In this document: positions 21,120 through 31,150 of the stretch, piece by piece | How positions within the stretch are numbered: the first letter of the stretch is position 1 | Layout: each line of letters starts with the position of its first letter | From: Balamuthia mandrillaris | Taxonomy: Eukaryota | Reading direction: 5' to 3' | NCBI GenBank assembly: GCA_031835245.2 | Contig: JAVKOQ020000013.1 | Coordinates: 372,001 to 416,077 of the forward strand | Length of the DNA: 44,077 bases | Made by a program: the position numbers and the translations under genes | The notes under the pieces: generated by a model | Told to the model about the DNA's origin: nothing | What the model saw: the letters and a program-made list of their open reading frames with translations, nothing else | The model's database searches: none

Positions 21120-22788
21120 ATGGGTTGCAACTTTCCGGTCCCGTTCATAGTGACGGGCTCTTTGGTGCTCCTCTTCAGCATCATTTTCATCATTTTGGGT
21201 CCGACTCTCTATTACGCTCTGGAAGAGGGCATTGACGAGGAGATCGAGGACACAACGATCATTGACGGCCCCCTGGACGATGGCTACACCGACTGGCTCA
21301 GCGACGGAGAGGCGGACGACCCCCTGCCCCAACGCGCCTTTTACCTCTTTGACGTTACCAATAAGGACGCGCTGATGAGCGGAGAAGAAACCACGCCGAT
21401 CATAGAACAAAAGGGACCTTTCTTCTACAAGTACGTAAAAGAGAAGGTGGACGTGGAGTTCAAGGACGACGGGCGTGAGGTCAGCTACAAGTTTTACGAG
21501 CACCACCACTTCATGCCGGAGCTCTCGGAGGGCAACACGGAGGAGGACCTCATTACCACCCTCAACTTTCCCTACATCGCCGCCATAACGGTGGCCGGCG
21601 GAGAGAGGGAGCTGCGCGTGGGTGCCGTGGCAGGTTTCTTGGCCAAGCTGCAGGCCTCCCTGGAGGGAGAGTTTACGGAGAAGCTCCTGCTAGACACCAT
21701 GCCCCGGACCATCTCGACCTTTGCTGGCGTTGCTCCCAACTTTGCCAACGAGTGGTACACTGGCAACACGAATGACGTGACGGTAGCCCCTGGAGTGACC
21801 ATCTCCGATTGGGGTTTGGCCGAACAACCCACCTTTAACCCTGCTTTGGTGGCTGACTTGTTCGACCCGGCCACGCCTTACTCCCTAGTTTCTCCCGGCA
21901 CCTTTGCTGCCTGGCTGCAAGCCCTTCAGGACTCCACCGTCGCCGAGTTCATACAATCGATGTGGGCGATCACCGCCGATGATCAGGCCTTAGTCTCCTC
22001 ATGGCTGGCCGACTGGAAGAGCACTCACCACGTGACCTTGCTCTCCTTGAGCAATGACGGAGCCACAGCCGAGGAGTTGGGCGTCTACCAATGGGCCTCT
22101 CTCAAGCCTGCTTCCGGAGGAAGTCTTCGCGTGCTCTCTCCTGAGGACGCTCCATTCTACGTGGAGTTTGCTGCCTGGTCCACCTACGTGGATGGCTCCG
22201 CAGAAACTATCTCTCTCGACTCAGCGGTGAAGCTCTTTCGAGAGAATGAGACGGCCATTACTGACCCTCTCAACCTGGGCACCCTCATGACCTACATCAC
22301 GCTATCGGCATGGAGCTCCATTGAGGACCGATGGGGCTTGAACCAGACTCAGGCCATGGCCTTTGGAGAGTACTACAACTACGTTCTGGCCAACACCCTG
22401 GAAGCCGCCATGCAACAAAACAGCGGCCTCTGGACCACTCGTTCCGCCAAGGAGCTCATCTTTGGTTATGTCGATCCCATTTTCGCTCTGTTGAGGCCCG
22501 ATAATGCCTACCTCGCCACCATTGTGAATCATACCAGCGTGGAGGACGCTCAGGCCAATGCTCTCTGGGAGACAAGGTACACCGGCAAGGGAGGCGTCGG
22601 CCGTGTGGCTCGTTACAAGGAGTGGAGGGAGGATGTGGTCGTACCTTGGTGGAACCCTCCTGAGGAATTTGACGGCACTGACGCCGTTAAGTTCGCTCCT
22701 GGCCTTGATGATGATGAACCCCTTTCTATTTTCAGGTTTGCCTTTTCTTTCTCGTGTTTTTTCCTGTTTTTCTTGTGCTAATCATTTG

Positions 22789-22828
<40 letters not shown>

Positions 22829-23401
22829 CATCAAAACAGCCAAACTCTAAGGAGAAACATTCAAATCATATATTCTGGTGAGAAGACAGTAAGAGGGATT
22901 ACACTTTACGAATACGAAGAGATACCAGGTTCGTTACTTTTTTTGTTTTTTTGTTTTTTTTTTTGCAAAACAAGCACTTGATCTCACCTGTTCTTGTTTG
23001 TTTGTTTGTTTTTATTGTTTTAAAAAATAAATCAGGAATGTTGGACTCTGCAGCGGAGAATCCCGATAACGCACGATATTTCACAGAGCTAAGGGGATTG
23101 CACAACTTGACTGCTGAACCGATCTCCGGCGTGACTGGCCTTCCAATCTTCGTTTCCAAGGTCCATTTCAGGGACGTGGACGAGACCGAAGCCCAAAAGA
23201 TAACTCTGTTGGAAGATGGTGAGCACTATATTGGCATGCACCACATTCCTGAAAAGCATGCTGTTTATATCCGGATCGAACCTCGTACAGGTGCGTTGTA
23301 GTGCTCTTTCTTATCCTGGATTCTTTTTTAACTCTTTTAACCGCTCCTTCTCTCTTCTCTCTTCCTTCTCTCTTCTCTCTCTCTTCTCTCTCTCTCTTTT
23401 C

Positions 23402-23471
<70 letters not shown>

Positions 23472-23841
23472 TCGCTCTCTTTGTCCTCACACAGGTTTTA
23501 CAATGGATGCTCGCAAACGTCTCCAACTGAATGTGCAGTTGGTTCCATCCAAGTATAGCGTCTACCATCAGAACACTCCCGAAGTATTCTTACCTGTATA
23601 CTGGGCCGACGAAGGCTCCACCATCAACGACAAGAAGGCCGATGAGTTCAAAGACTCAGTCTACTACTACGACGACATGGCCAACGACATCCTTATCTCG
23701 TTCACCGTGATCGGTTGCGTTGGTTTTGTGGTGGGTCTTGTGTTCTTGGTTGTGGGAATCGTATTCCACATAAAGGGTAAGCGTGCGAATGCTGGTGATA
23801 AGCCGCAAGAGATACGTTCCTTCCACGATGACACTCTTTAA
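21120..23841 (+). CDS. CD36/LIMP-2 family class B scavenger receptor (long amoebozoan Lmp type), 3 introns
   Basis: N- and C-terminal TM helices; FYLFDVTN..EQKGPFFY, DLITTLNFP, LWTTRSAKELIFGYVDP, DGTDAVKFAP, PIFVSKVHF, IEPRTG..MDARKRLQLN, FLPVYW. Exons at about 21120-22735, 22840-22928, 23036-23290 and 23495-23841. Confidence 0.9.
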
Positions 23842-24123
23842 CGACGTACCATATTAGCTGTTGTCTGTACTTGTTTGTAGTGTTCATAATTTTTATTCAG
23901 GAAATTTTCCTTGCTTCGGTCTTCCGGTGCCTTCTTGTTGTTCTTCTTCTTGTTCTTCTTCTTCTTCTTCTCCTACGCGCTACGTTCTGGGCAACCAAAT
24001 TTTGGTAAATTGTTCATAAACCATAATACCAGGAAAAATTTTTGCACAATCATCGGTAGACGATAGAAGCCCAAAAGGTTGCAGCAGAGTTTGTTAAAAC
24101 CAGTGTGTGACAGGGAACCAATA

Positions 24124-24729
24124 ATGTCTGTAGTGTGGACAGTGCTAGCCAGTGGTTTTGCTCAAATTGTAGCCAGCCATGTGCTTATGTTTGGCTGTTG
24201 GTACCCCTTGGGCAAACGAGTGGACCGCGAGTTGTGCACAAACCAAGGTACTTGCGAACAACAACCATTTTTTTTTGTGTCTTTCGGCTTTGCTAACTCC
24301 ACCTTGGTTCTTCATGTTTATTTTAATTCTCAAAGCGTTTCGCCCTATGAACGACCTTCGTATGGGCCTTTACATGCCTTTCATCTCGCCTTTTGTGCAT
24401 GCCATTCTTTTGATCTGCGCTCGAAGCGTATTTGGAGGGGCTTTAAACGCCTACTTTGCCTCCTATGACTCACCTATCTATGCCGGTACCTCCAAAGCTC
24501 CCTTTCCTTTATTCTTCCAAGCCACACACCTCATGAAATGTTATATCTCTTTGTTTTAAAAACAGGGATGGCCTTCAGCCTTGCGTTCTGGCTGTTGGGC
24601 CAAGCACATGGTATCATCATTGACTACTGCTGCTACAAGCACAACATTTTCATGAGTTTCTGGTTTCTCTTGCTTTCTGCTGTGCTTCAAGCGGTCAACG
24701 GCGCTGTGGTCTTTTGGATGTTAAGTTGA
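24124..24729 (+). CDS. Small multi-pass membrane protein (possibly DUF1761-like), 2 introns
   Basis: Three exons splice in frame through GTAC...AG introns (~24249-24335 and ~24486-24565) to give ~145 aa with about four hydrophobic segments and a WYPLGK motif. The family assignment is tentative. Confidence 0.6.
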
Positions 24730-24756
24730 GCTAATACCAATAAAGAATGAAACGAT

Positions 24757-24838
24757 AAGAAAGAAAAAGAAAGAAAGAAAGAAAGAAAGAAAGAAATAAA
24801 AAAAGAAAGAAAGAAAGAAAGAAAGAAAGAAATAAAAA

Positions 24839-24870
<32 letters not shown>

Positions 24871-24872
24871 AA
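24757..24872. repeat. (GAAA)n tetranucleotide microsatellite, intergenic
   Basis: Directly visible, with two AAATAAAAAA interruptions. Confidence 0.92.
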
Positions 24873-25059
24873 CGACAAGAAACGACAAGAAAGAAAGAGG
24901 CCCAGCGTAATGTTGTTTATGTCGACTCAAATGCGTGAATTTCTTTTTTTCTTGTGCAATGAACGACAAGGACTTTCAGAGAAGGAGGGAAGAAGAACAA
25001 AAACCAAGCCGTTGTTTGCTGCCGTGCCGACGTAAACGATAAACACACAATAACAGAAA

Positions 25060-25959
25060 ATGGAACAACAAGCAAACGAACCGGTGAGCCTGCGGGATCA
25101 ACTGTCCTTCAATGGGACAACAGAGTGCGAGCTGTTCGTGCCAAACCCGTTCAAGCCGGTGCGCTGTAAAGGATGCGGTGAAGACATTCGCGAACACGTT
25201 TCCTCCGCGGTGGCTGACGAACACATACTTTATGTTATCCGCGAAGAACAAGCCAAAGATGGAGCCAATTGCATTCTTCACGCAGCTGATGGTAAATACA
25301 CTTGTACAAGTTCGTTTCTTTGTTCCCGTTTCTCCTTCTGATATCATCACTTGTTTTTTTTATTTCTTTTTTTTGTTTGTTCAACTTGAAGGTTGGGGAG
25401 GTTTGTACTTGGGAGGATATCAAGCCGCCACCGCAAACTTTGTGAACAAGGCCAACATTACGCACGTTGTAAATACAGCCAAAGGACTGGAATACTTTTT
25501 CGTGGGGTGGGGCAAGAAACTGTTCGAGCTGGAGAAGGACGGCCTCAAGATACTTCGGTTGGGGTGGCTGGACAACGGGCAACAAAAGTTGTGGAAAGAA
25601 GAGCCGTGGGATCAGTTGAAGGAAAGCATTCTCTTCATCCATGAGGCTCGCAAAGCTGGCCATAACGTTGTTGTTCATTGGTATGTCTCAAACACTTTAT
25701 TTCTTGGCTGTTGTTTGTTATGGAACTGTTAACTTACCATTCCATTGGCACCAGTGCCCAAGGCAAGTCACGTTCAACAACGGTGGTGTTGGCCTACTTG
25801 ATGACGATAAACAAGGAGGCTGGCTATGGACCAAACGAAGCGCTAACCTTTGTGAAGCAGCACAGGCCGATGGCAGAACCAAACCCCAACTTTATGGAAC
25901 AGCTGCAAGCCTTCCGACTGTCTCCTGTTATACAACAACTTCGCTCCCAATGTACATAA
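25060..25959 (+). CDS. Dual-specificity protein phosphatase with N-terminal Cys3His motif, 2 introns
   Basis: GLYLGG, ITHVVNTA, WLD loop, catalytic HCAQGKSRS formed across intron 25681-25754, AYLM, RPMAEPNPNFMEQL. Stop TAA at 25957-25959. Confidence 0.92.
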
Positions 25960-26255
25960 AATGACTGCACTAACATACCAAAATATTACATTTGCTAGGT
26001 CTCGAGACAAGAGAGTTGAAAAAAGAAGCAGAGAAGAGAGCAGAGAAGGAAGAGATAAAGAAGAGAGAAGAGAGAAGAAAGAAGCAGAGAAGAAGAGAAG
26101 CATAGGGGAGAGAAATAAGATAGAGAAGAAGAGATCAAAGATTGTGTATACAAGAAAAAGCTTGTTGAGTATCTTTGAAGCCATAAAGCTTCAAAAGAAA
26201 GACAAAAATGTAGGAGGTGTTGATATCAATGACTATGTACATTAGTCACAAAATG

Positions 26256-28102
26256 CTATGCACAGATGCTGAATGGACAGGTGTAGTCTAGTCGTTCGCA
26301 TGAACTTAACGCTTAGTACCACGGTAGAGAAAGCTTGACAGCACCGCTGTCGCCCTGTTGTTCCTCATCCTCATCAATGGCGGCCTTGTTCTGTTGAGAA
26401 GGACAGGAGCAAGTCTCGGAGCTATCGCTGGAGCGACCAGAGTCGCTGCCGCCTCCGATGGGGTCGAGGTCACCAGGCAAGCTAGTAAGAAGGCAGTCAG
26501 CGCTGCCCCATCCACGTTCGCTCCAGGTATCGCGGCAGAACTCGTTGATGGAGGTGGATGAGAACTCAGTCTCGTCCCTCTTCACGTACGAAGTCATGAG
26601 CTTAGTGCCGTGTCTGGCACCGAAGTTGTGGCCGATCTCATGAGCCACAATGTAGAACTAAACAAGACAAAGAAAGAAGGGTGGCTTGGTAAGTTTATCA
26701 GCTGTTGGGAAAAGAAGAGAAAGAAGTACGTACTCCGGAAGAACCAGTGGCATAGGAAGAAATGGCAGCACCGGCAATGGTTCCTTCACCAGAAGGACAG
26801 TTGCCGCAGCACTCATTGCAAGCAGAGTAGTAGCAAACAACACCGTACCATCCCCTTCCTCCGGAACTGATGGAAACAAATGAATGAGCACAAGGGCCAA
26901 AGGAAGGAAGAACAGAGAGATGAAGAAAGCACGAGAAAGGGTGGAGACATACATGCAACCAGACATAAGATGCCAGAGACCAATGGTGCGGTCAGTTTGC
27001 TTGGCCCTCCAGGCGGAGAACAAGCTGAGTCTCCTTCCTCTGGTCTGACAAGAGGCAGAGTTCCATGCCTCGCTGCTGCTGCTGGAAGAAGAGGACTGAA
27101 TGACAACGGACTTGACGACGGGCTTGACCTTGACGGCCTTCATGTAGGGGGTCTGGATAGCGTTCCAGAGGAAAGTGATGAGGGAGAGAACCTTGTCCTT
27201 GCCGCCAGCCTTCCTTGTGTATTGAGCATCAGCAGCAACACCCATGACGAGGTAGGTGGTGCGGCTGGGAGGGCAGCTGGATTGCCTTTCCTCGAACATG
27301 TCGTCCTCAACCATCAGCTCTTCTTCTTCGTCGTTTCCACATGAGGCGTGATCGTCCTCTTCCTCACCGCGTTTGAAGGGGCTGTCGACAGCCATGTTCT
27401 CCTCGCTCTCCAGGTAGACCAGCATGTCTTCCTCCATGTTGAAGTCCAGGCTCCTCTTGGAAAGGGTCTCGTGGTGAAGATAGGCGGGCTCCACCATGTA
27501 GCCTTCCTTCTTTGCGTGGTTCCAGATGCGCATGTGGAAGGTTCCTTTCTTCTCGTCAATGGCAACGGCGGCAACGGCGGAGACGGCAGTTTTCTCCATT
27601 CCATCGATGAGACCCTCTCCGTGGTATGCCTTGTTCTCAGGGACGAAGGACTCGACCAGCTCTCCATCCTCGAAGACGTTGACGGCGGCGTTGCGGGTGA
27701 ACAGCTCCATGTTGCGTTTCAAGGTGATGTTGAAGGTCCTGTCGAGGGCTTGGAAGGACATCACCAAGTCGCTCACGTGCTCGGCTTGTTCAGTGGTCAA
27801 CTCACGCTTAGCCCACGCTCCGCCCAACACACGATCATACGAAATGCTCTTTAATACTTGGAAGCTTGCAGGAAGCACCACTTCCCTACGCACTTTGTTA
27901 AAGTAAAAACGAACATTTTAGTTGTGGCCATTACAAAGTGAGAGAGAGAGAGCGAGAGAGCGAGAGAGAGATACGCACTGTCGATTGATCCGGCAATGGT
28001 ATTGTCTTCCTCAAAGTCAGGGAAAGAGTAAGCGAACGTTCCGGCAACAAAGGCCATCAACAAAACGAGAAGGCCCAACGTCGAAGCAGTACGTTGATGC
28101 AT
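26256..28102 (-). CDS. Secreted ADAM/reprolysin (M12B) zinc metalloprotease with prodomain
   Basis: Signal peptide MHQRTASTLGLLVLLMAFVAGTFA; prodomain (FQALDRTFNITLKRN, YMVEP); cysteine-switch-like HASCG; VAADAQY; zinc motif HEIGHNFGARH with a downstream Met (KLM). The stop is either at 26313 or, after a 51-nt intron (26319-26269), at 26256. Confidence 0.88.
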
Positions 28103-29070
28103 TGTTGAGACTTGGTTAAAAAAGAGTTGTTTGCTTTCGAGTTGTTTGCTTTGTTGTTTTGTTTGTTTGTTTTGTTTGTTGATGAAGAGAAGACGAAGAT
28201 GAAAAGCGTTCTTCATTTTATAGTTGAAGGAGTGGGCCACAAACGGAGTTGGTCATCTGGTCTTTCGTTGTTTGGAACCAGCAACTATCGGGAATGTAAA
28301 TGCAAGGTCGACAAGGAGTTGCTCGTGGTCATACATGACCTATAATGAACGTGCGCCAAGAGTACCAGATAAGGGAGCTAATAACAAAAGAAAAAAGTCC
28401 ATACTGTTGGTACCTATATTTGTTTCCGTTTTTTGGTTCTCGGGCGAAGGGGCACCCGCAATATAGCTCCCAGAAAGCAGTATTTTCATAATTGGGCAAC
28501 CCCGCCAAGGTTGTTGTGGTTTAGCCGAAGGAACCGCCCAAAAAGACAATCTGTCGGGGGCCACAATACCATCTTCATCTGTACATTCAAATAACATTTG
28601 GCGAAGGCCACAAACGAAACCGAAGAACACAAGAAACCAGATATACATCTTGAGATAGCCTTACAATAGGGGCTGCAGCAAGTGAAAACATAATATTATA
28701 TTTTGATTGGTTCTCGAAACAAAGTAGAAGTGGAAGTGAGTGCGAACCCTTCTATTACCTCCTTCTATTGGCAATAGCGTAACGGAGTTTGACGGAGACG
28801 AAAGTCGCCTATCTCCGTTTTCGTTTTTTATCGTATCGTCTGTTCGTTCCGTAACGAACCTCGCATGTGCCCCACGAATAGGCAACAGGTAACGAACACA
28901 AAGAAGTTTGCTGAGCATGAGAACATACCTCCAAGCCAGGTCATCGCGTTCCGGGGTTCTCACGCCTGCTTCCCTCCCTTCATTTCCTTCGGTTCCCCGA
29001 CGTTTATTAAACGTCGACAAGCCCGAGGTTTCCATTCCGTGTCGTCATGGTTTACAAACAAAAAAAAGAA

Positions 29071-30768
29071 ATGATCATGCAGAAGAAGCACAAGGCAGAG
29101 AGCAGTGGTAGCGCAAAGCAGGAGCAGGAGCAGGAGGTAGTGTTTGTGCAGTGCGATCACTCCCATCAAAGTAGGCTGGCCGACTACTTTCCGGAAATAT
29201 ATGGGCAATGGTGCAGCGGGTCAACACTCAGCTGCGGAGCCACTTTCGGCAAAGGGGAGGCCGATCACACCAAAGCTTTCTGTTATTTTCTGCCTGATGG
29301 AGAGCGCCAAAACCGTCGAAAGACCAAGTTGCGGCAAGGTTGAGAGTCGCCCTTTTCCACTCTTTTTCAACATGTGCTGACGTTGTTGAACCCTACCAGA
29401 ACTTGTTGTATTGAGCACCTCTCACAGAGACACCTTTTTGGAACAAGCTTTTGATGACCCTTTTCTCTATCGCTGTGTAAAGCGGTACTTGGTTTGTCAG
29501 CACCTCCAGAAAGCCCATATTGTGTGGAGCCAAACACATGCATGCGATGGTGAAGACATGCAGCCGTCACTGTCGCACAGTCTTTGGTTCCTTGAGGATC
29601 TTGCTTATTCCTACGCCAAAGAGAACTATGTACGTTTTCTTTTTTCTTTTTTTTTTTACCTCCTCCGTTCTCCTTCTCCAGTCCCTCAAAGTTCTAAAAG
29701 TTGGAGGTATACCTATAGGTTTTGAGACTACAAGTCTTTCCAGGTGAACTCTTGTCGTCTGTTGTGGATATCCTGTCTCCGTTGGTTCGCTTAGACCCAA
29801 AGAGTTTTACTCATGTGCTCTCCGTTGTTTGTATCAGCGACAACGTGATCATGACGCCCTCTCCACCTCTTGCTGACACAGTGAAGGAAGTCAAAGCGAC
29901 AGAAGGAGAACAAGCCGAGCAGGATCGAGCGGAGCGCGTAAGCTTTTACTACGGCCTAGTATCTCGTCAACAATTCTGGTCGGTTGAAACGGCCATTCAC
30001 TCCATTCCCATGAACCGGCTCACTCGGGCTCATTTCAAGCTGCGAGAAGCATTAGAGAGGATGAAAGAACCGCTAGAACTTCCCATAAACATCAAGAAGG
30101 AATACTTTCATCAACGCAAAAGCGGAGAAGGTGGAGGCGTCATGGTGCAACAAGATTGGGAGAAGCGGTTCATCGCTGTGGACGTGGGGGCTTCGCCTGG
30201 AGGATGGACTCAGTATCTCAGCACTTTTGCTTCTCTTGTCATTGCTGTCGATCCCGCCGCTCTTCGGATAAACCCTTTGCCGCCCAACGTTGTCCATCTT
30301 CAAATGAAAAGCGAGGAGGCGGTGCCCTACATCAAACAATTGGTTGCTGCTCGCGAGCAAACAGAACAACCGGCACAAGATAAGGAGCAGCAAGGCATCG
30401 TCATTGAGAAGGGTGCAACGGAGGACCATCACAAAGACGGGGAGAAAAAGGAGGTGGATGCAAACAAGAATGGCAACCAGGTGGATTTGATCACTTGTGA
30501 CATGAACCAAAGCGCTGAGATAGTGGCAGGCATATTGGGCGACGTGGTACCTTTGCTGCGGGTTGGGGGACACCTGGTGCTGACTCTCAAATTCCCTCGA
30601 CGCACCGAAAAGAACATCAAGGACAAAGTGGAAGCCATCAAGGCTGAGTTTGTGGCCAAGTTTCCCGATTTCGATGTGTTGCGCGTCCTATGGCTGCTCA
30701 GCAACATCAACGAGCGGACTTTATTTGCGGTCAAAAGAGAGAACAGGGCAGAAGGGCAGACTTGTTAA
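29071..30768 (+). CDS. FtsJ/RrmJ-fold RNA 2'-O-methyltransferase, RlmM-like, 2 introns
   Basis: TRAHFKLREA, SAM-binding AVDVGASPGGWT, VIAVDP, DLITCDMN, VLTLKF and NERT give the K-D-K-E tetrad. Introns at about 29339-29399 and 29630-29718. The start codon is uncertain (29047, 29071 or 29077). Confidence 0.85.
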
Positions 30769-31150
30769 CTGAAGAGCTTGCCAGCAACTTGCTGTAAGGC
30801 CCATAAATAAACACCAAAACCGAAAAAAAAAAAGATATACAAAAGAAAAAGATCTAAAATTATCTTATATTGGCGGTGTAACGCGAAGGCGGCGCAAAGA
30901 TCATAAGATCTAAGGACAACGAAAAAAGAAATCAACGTTAGTTAGATTAATATGACGTCACCACCGATTGCTGATCTGAAGATAATGAACATTGACTCCT
31001 CGAGCAAAAAAGAGAGAAATAAAATCAAAGTGAGAGAGAGAAAAGGGACACTCCTCCGGCCGGCCGCACCTCCTCCCCACCCCACCCCACCCCACCCCTA
31101 CCCCTACCCCTTCCTTTTTCTTTTCTTTTCTTTTCTTTTTTTAAAAACAA

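Noticed and set aside
25961..26245. 94-aa K/E/R-rich ORF after the phosphatase
   Set aside because: It is purine-rich low-complexity sequence between convergent stops and is most simply explained as 3' UTR.
28224..29035. Short ORFs in the divergent intergenic region (28340..28648 -, 28661..29035 -)
   Set aside because: They show no recognisable motifs or splice-consistent structure, and the region looks like a shared promoter.
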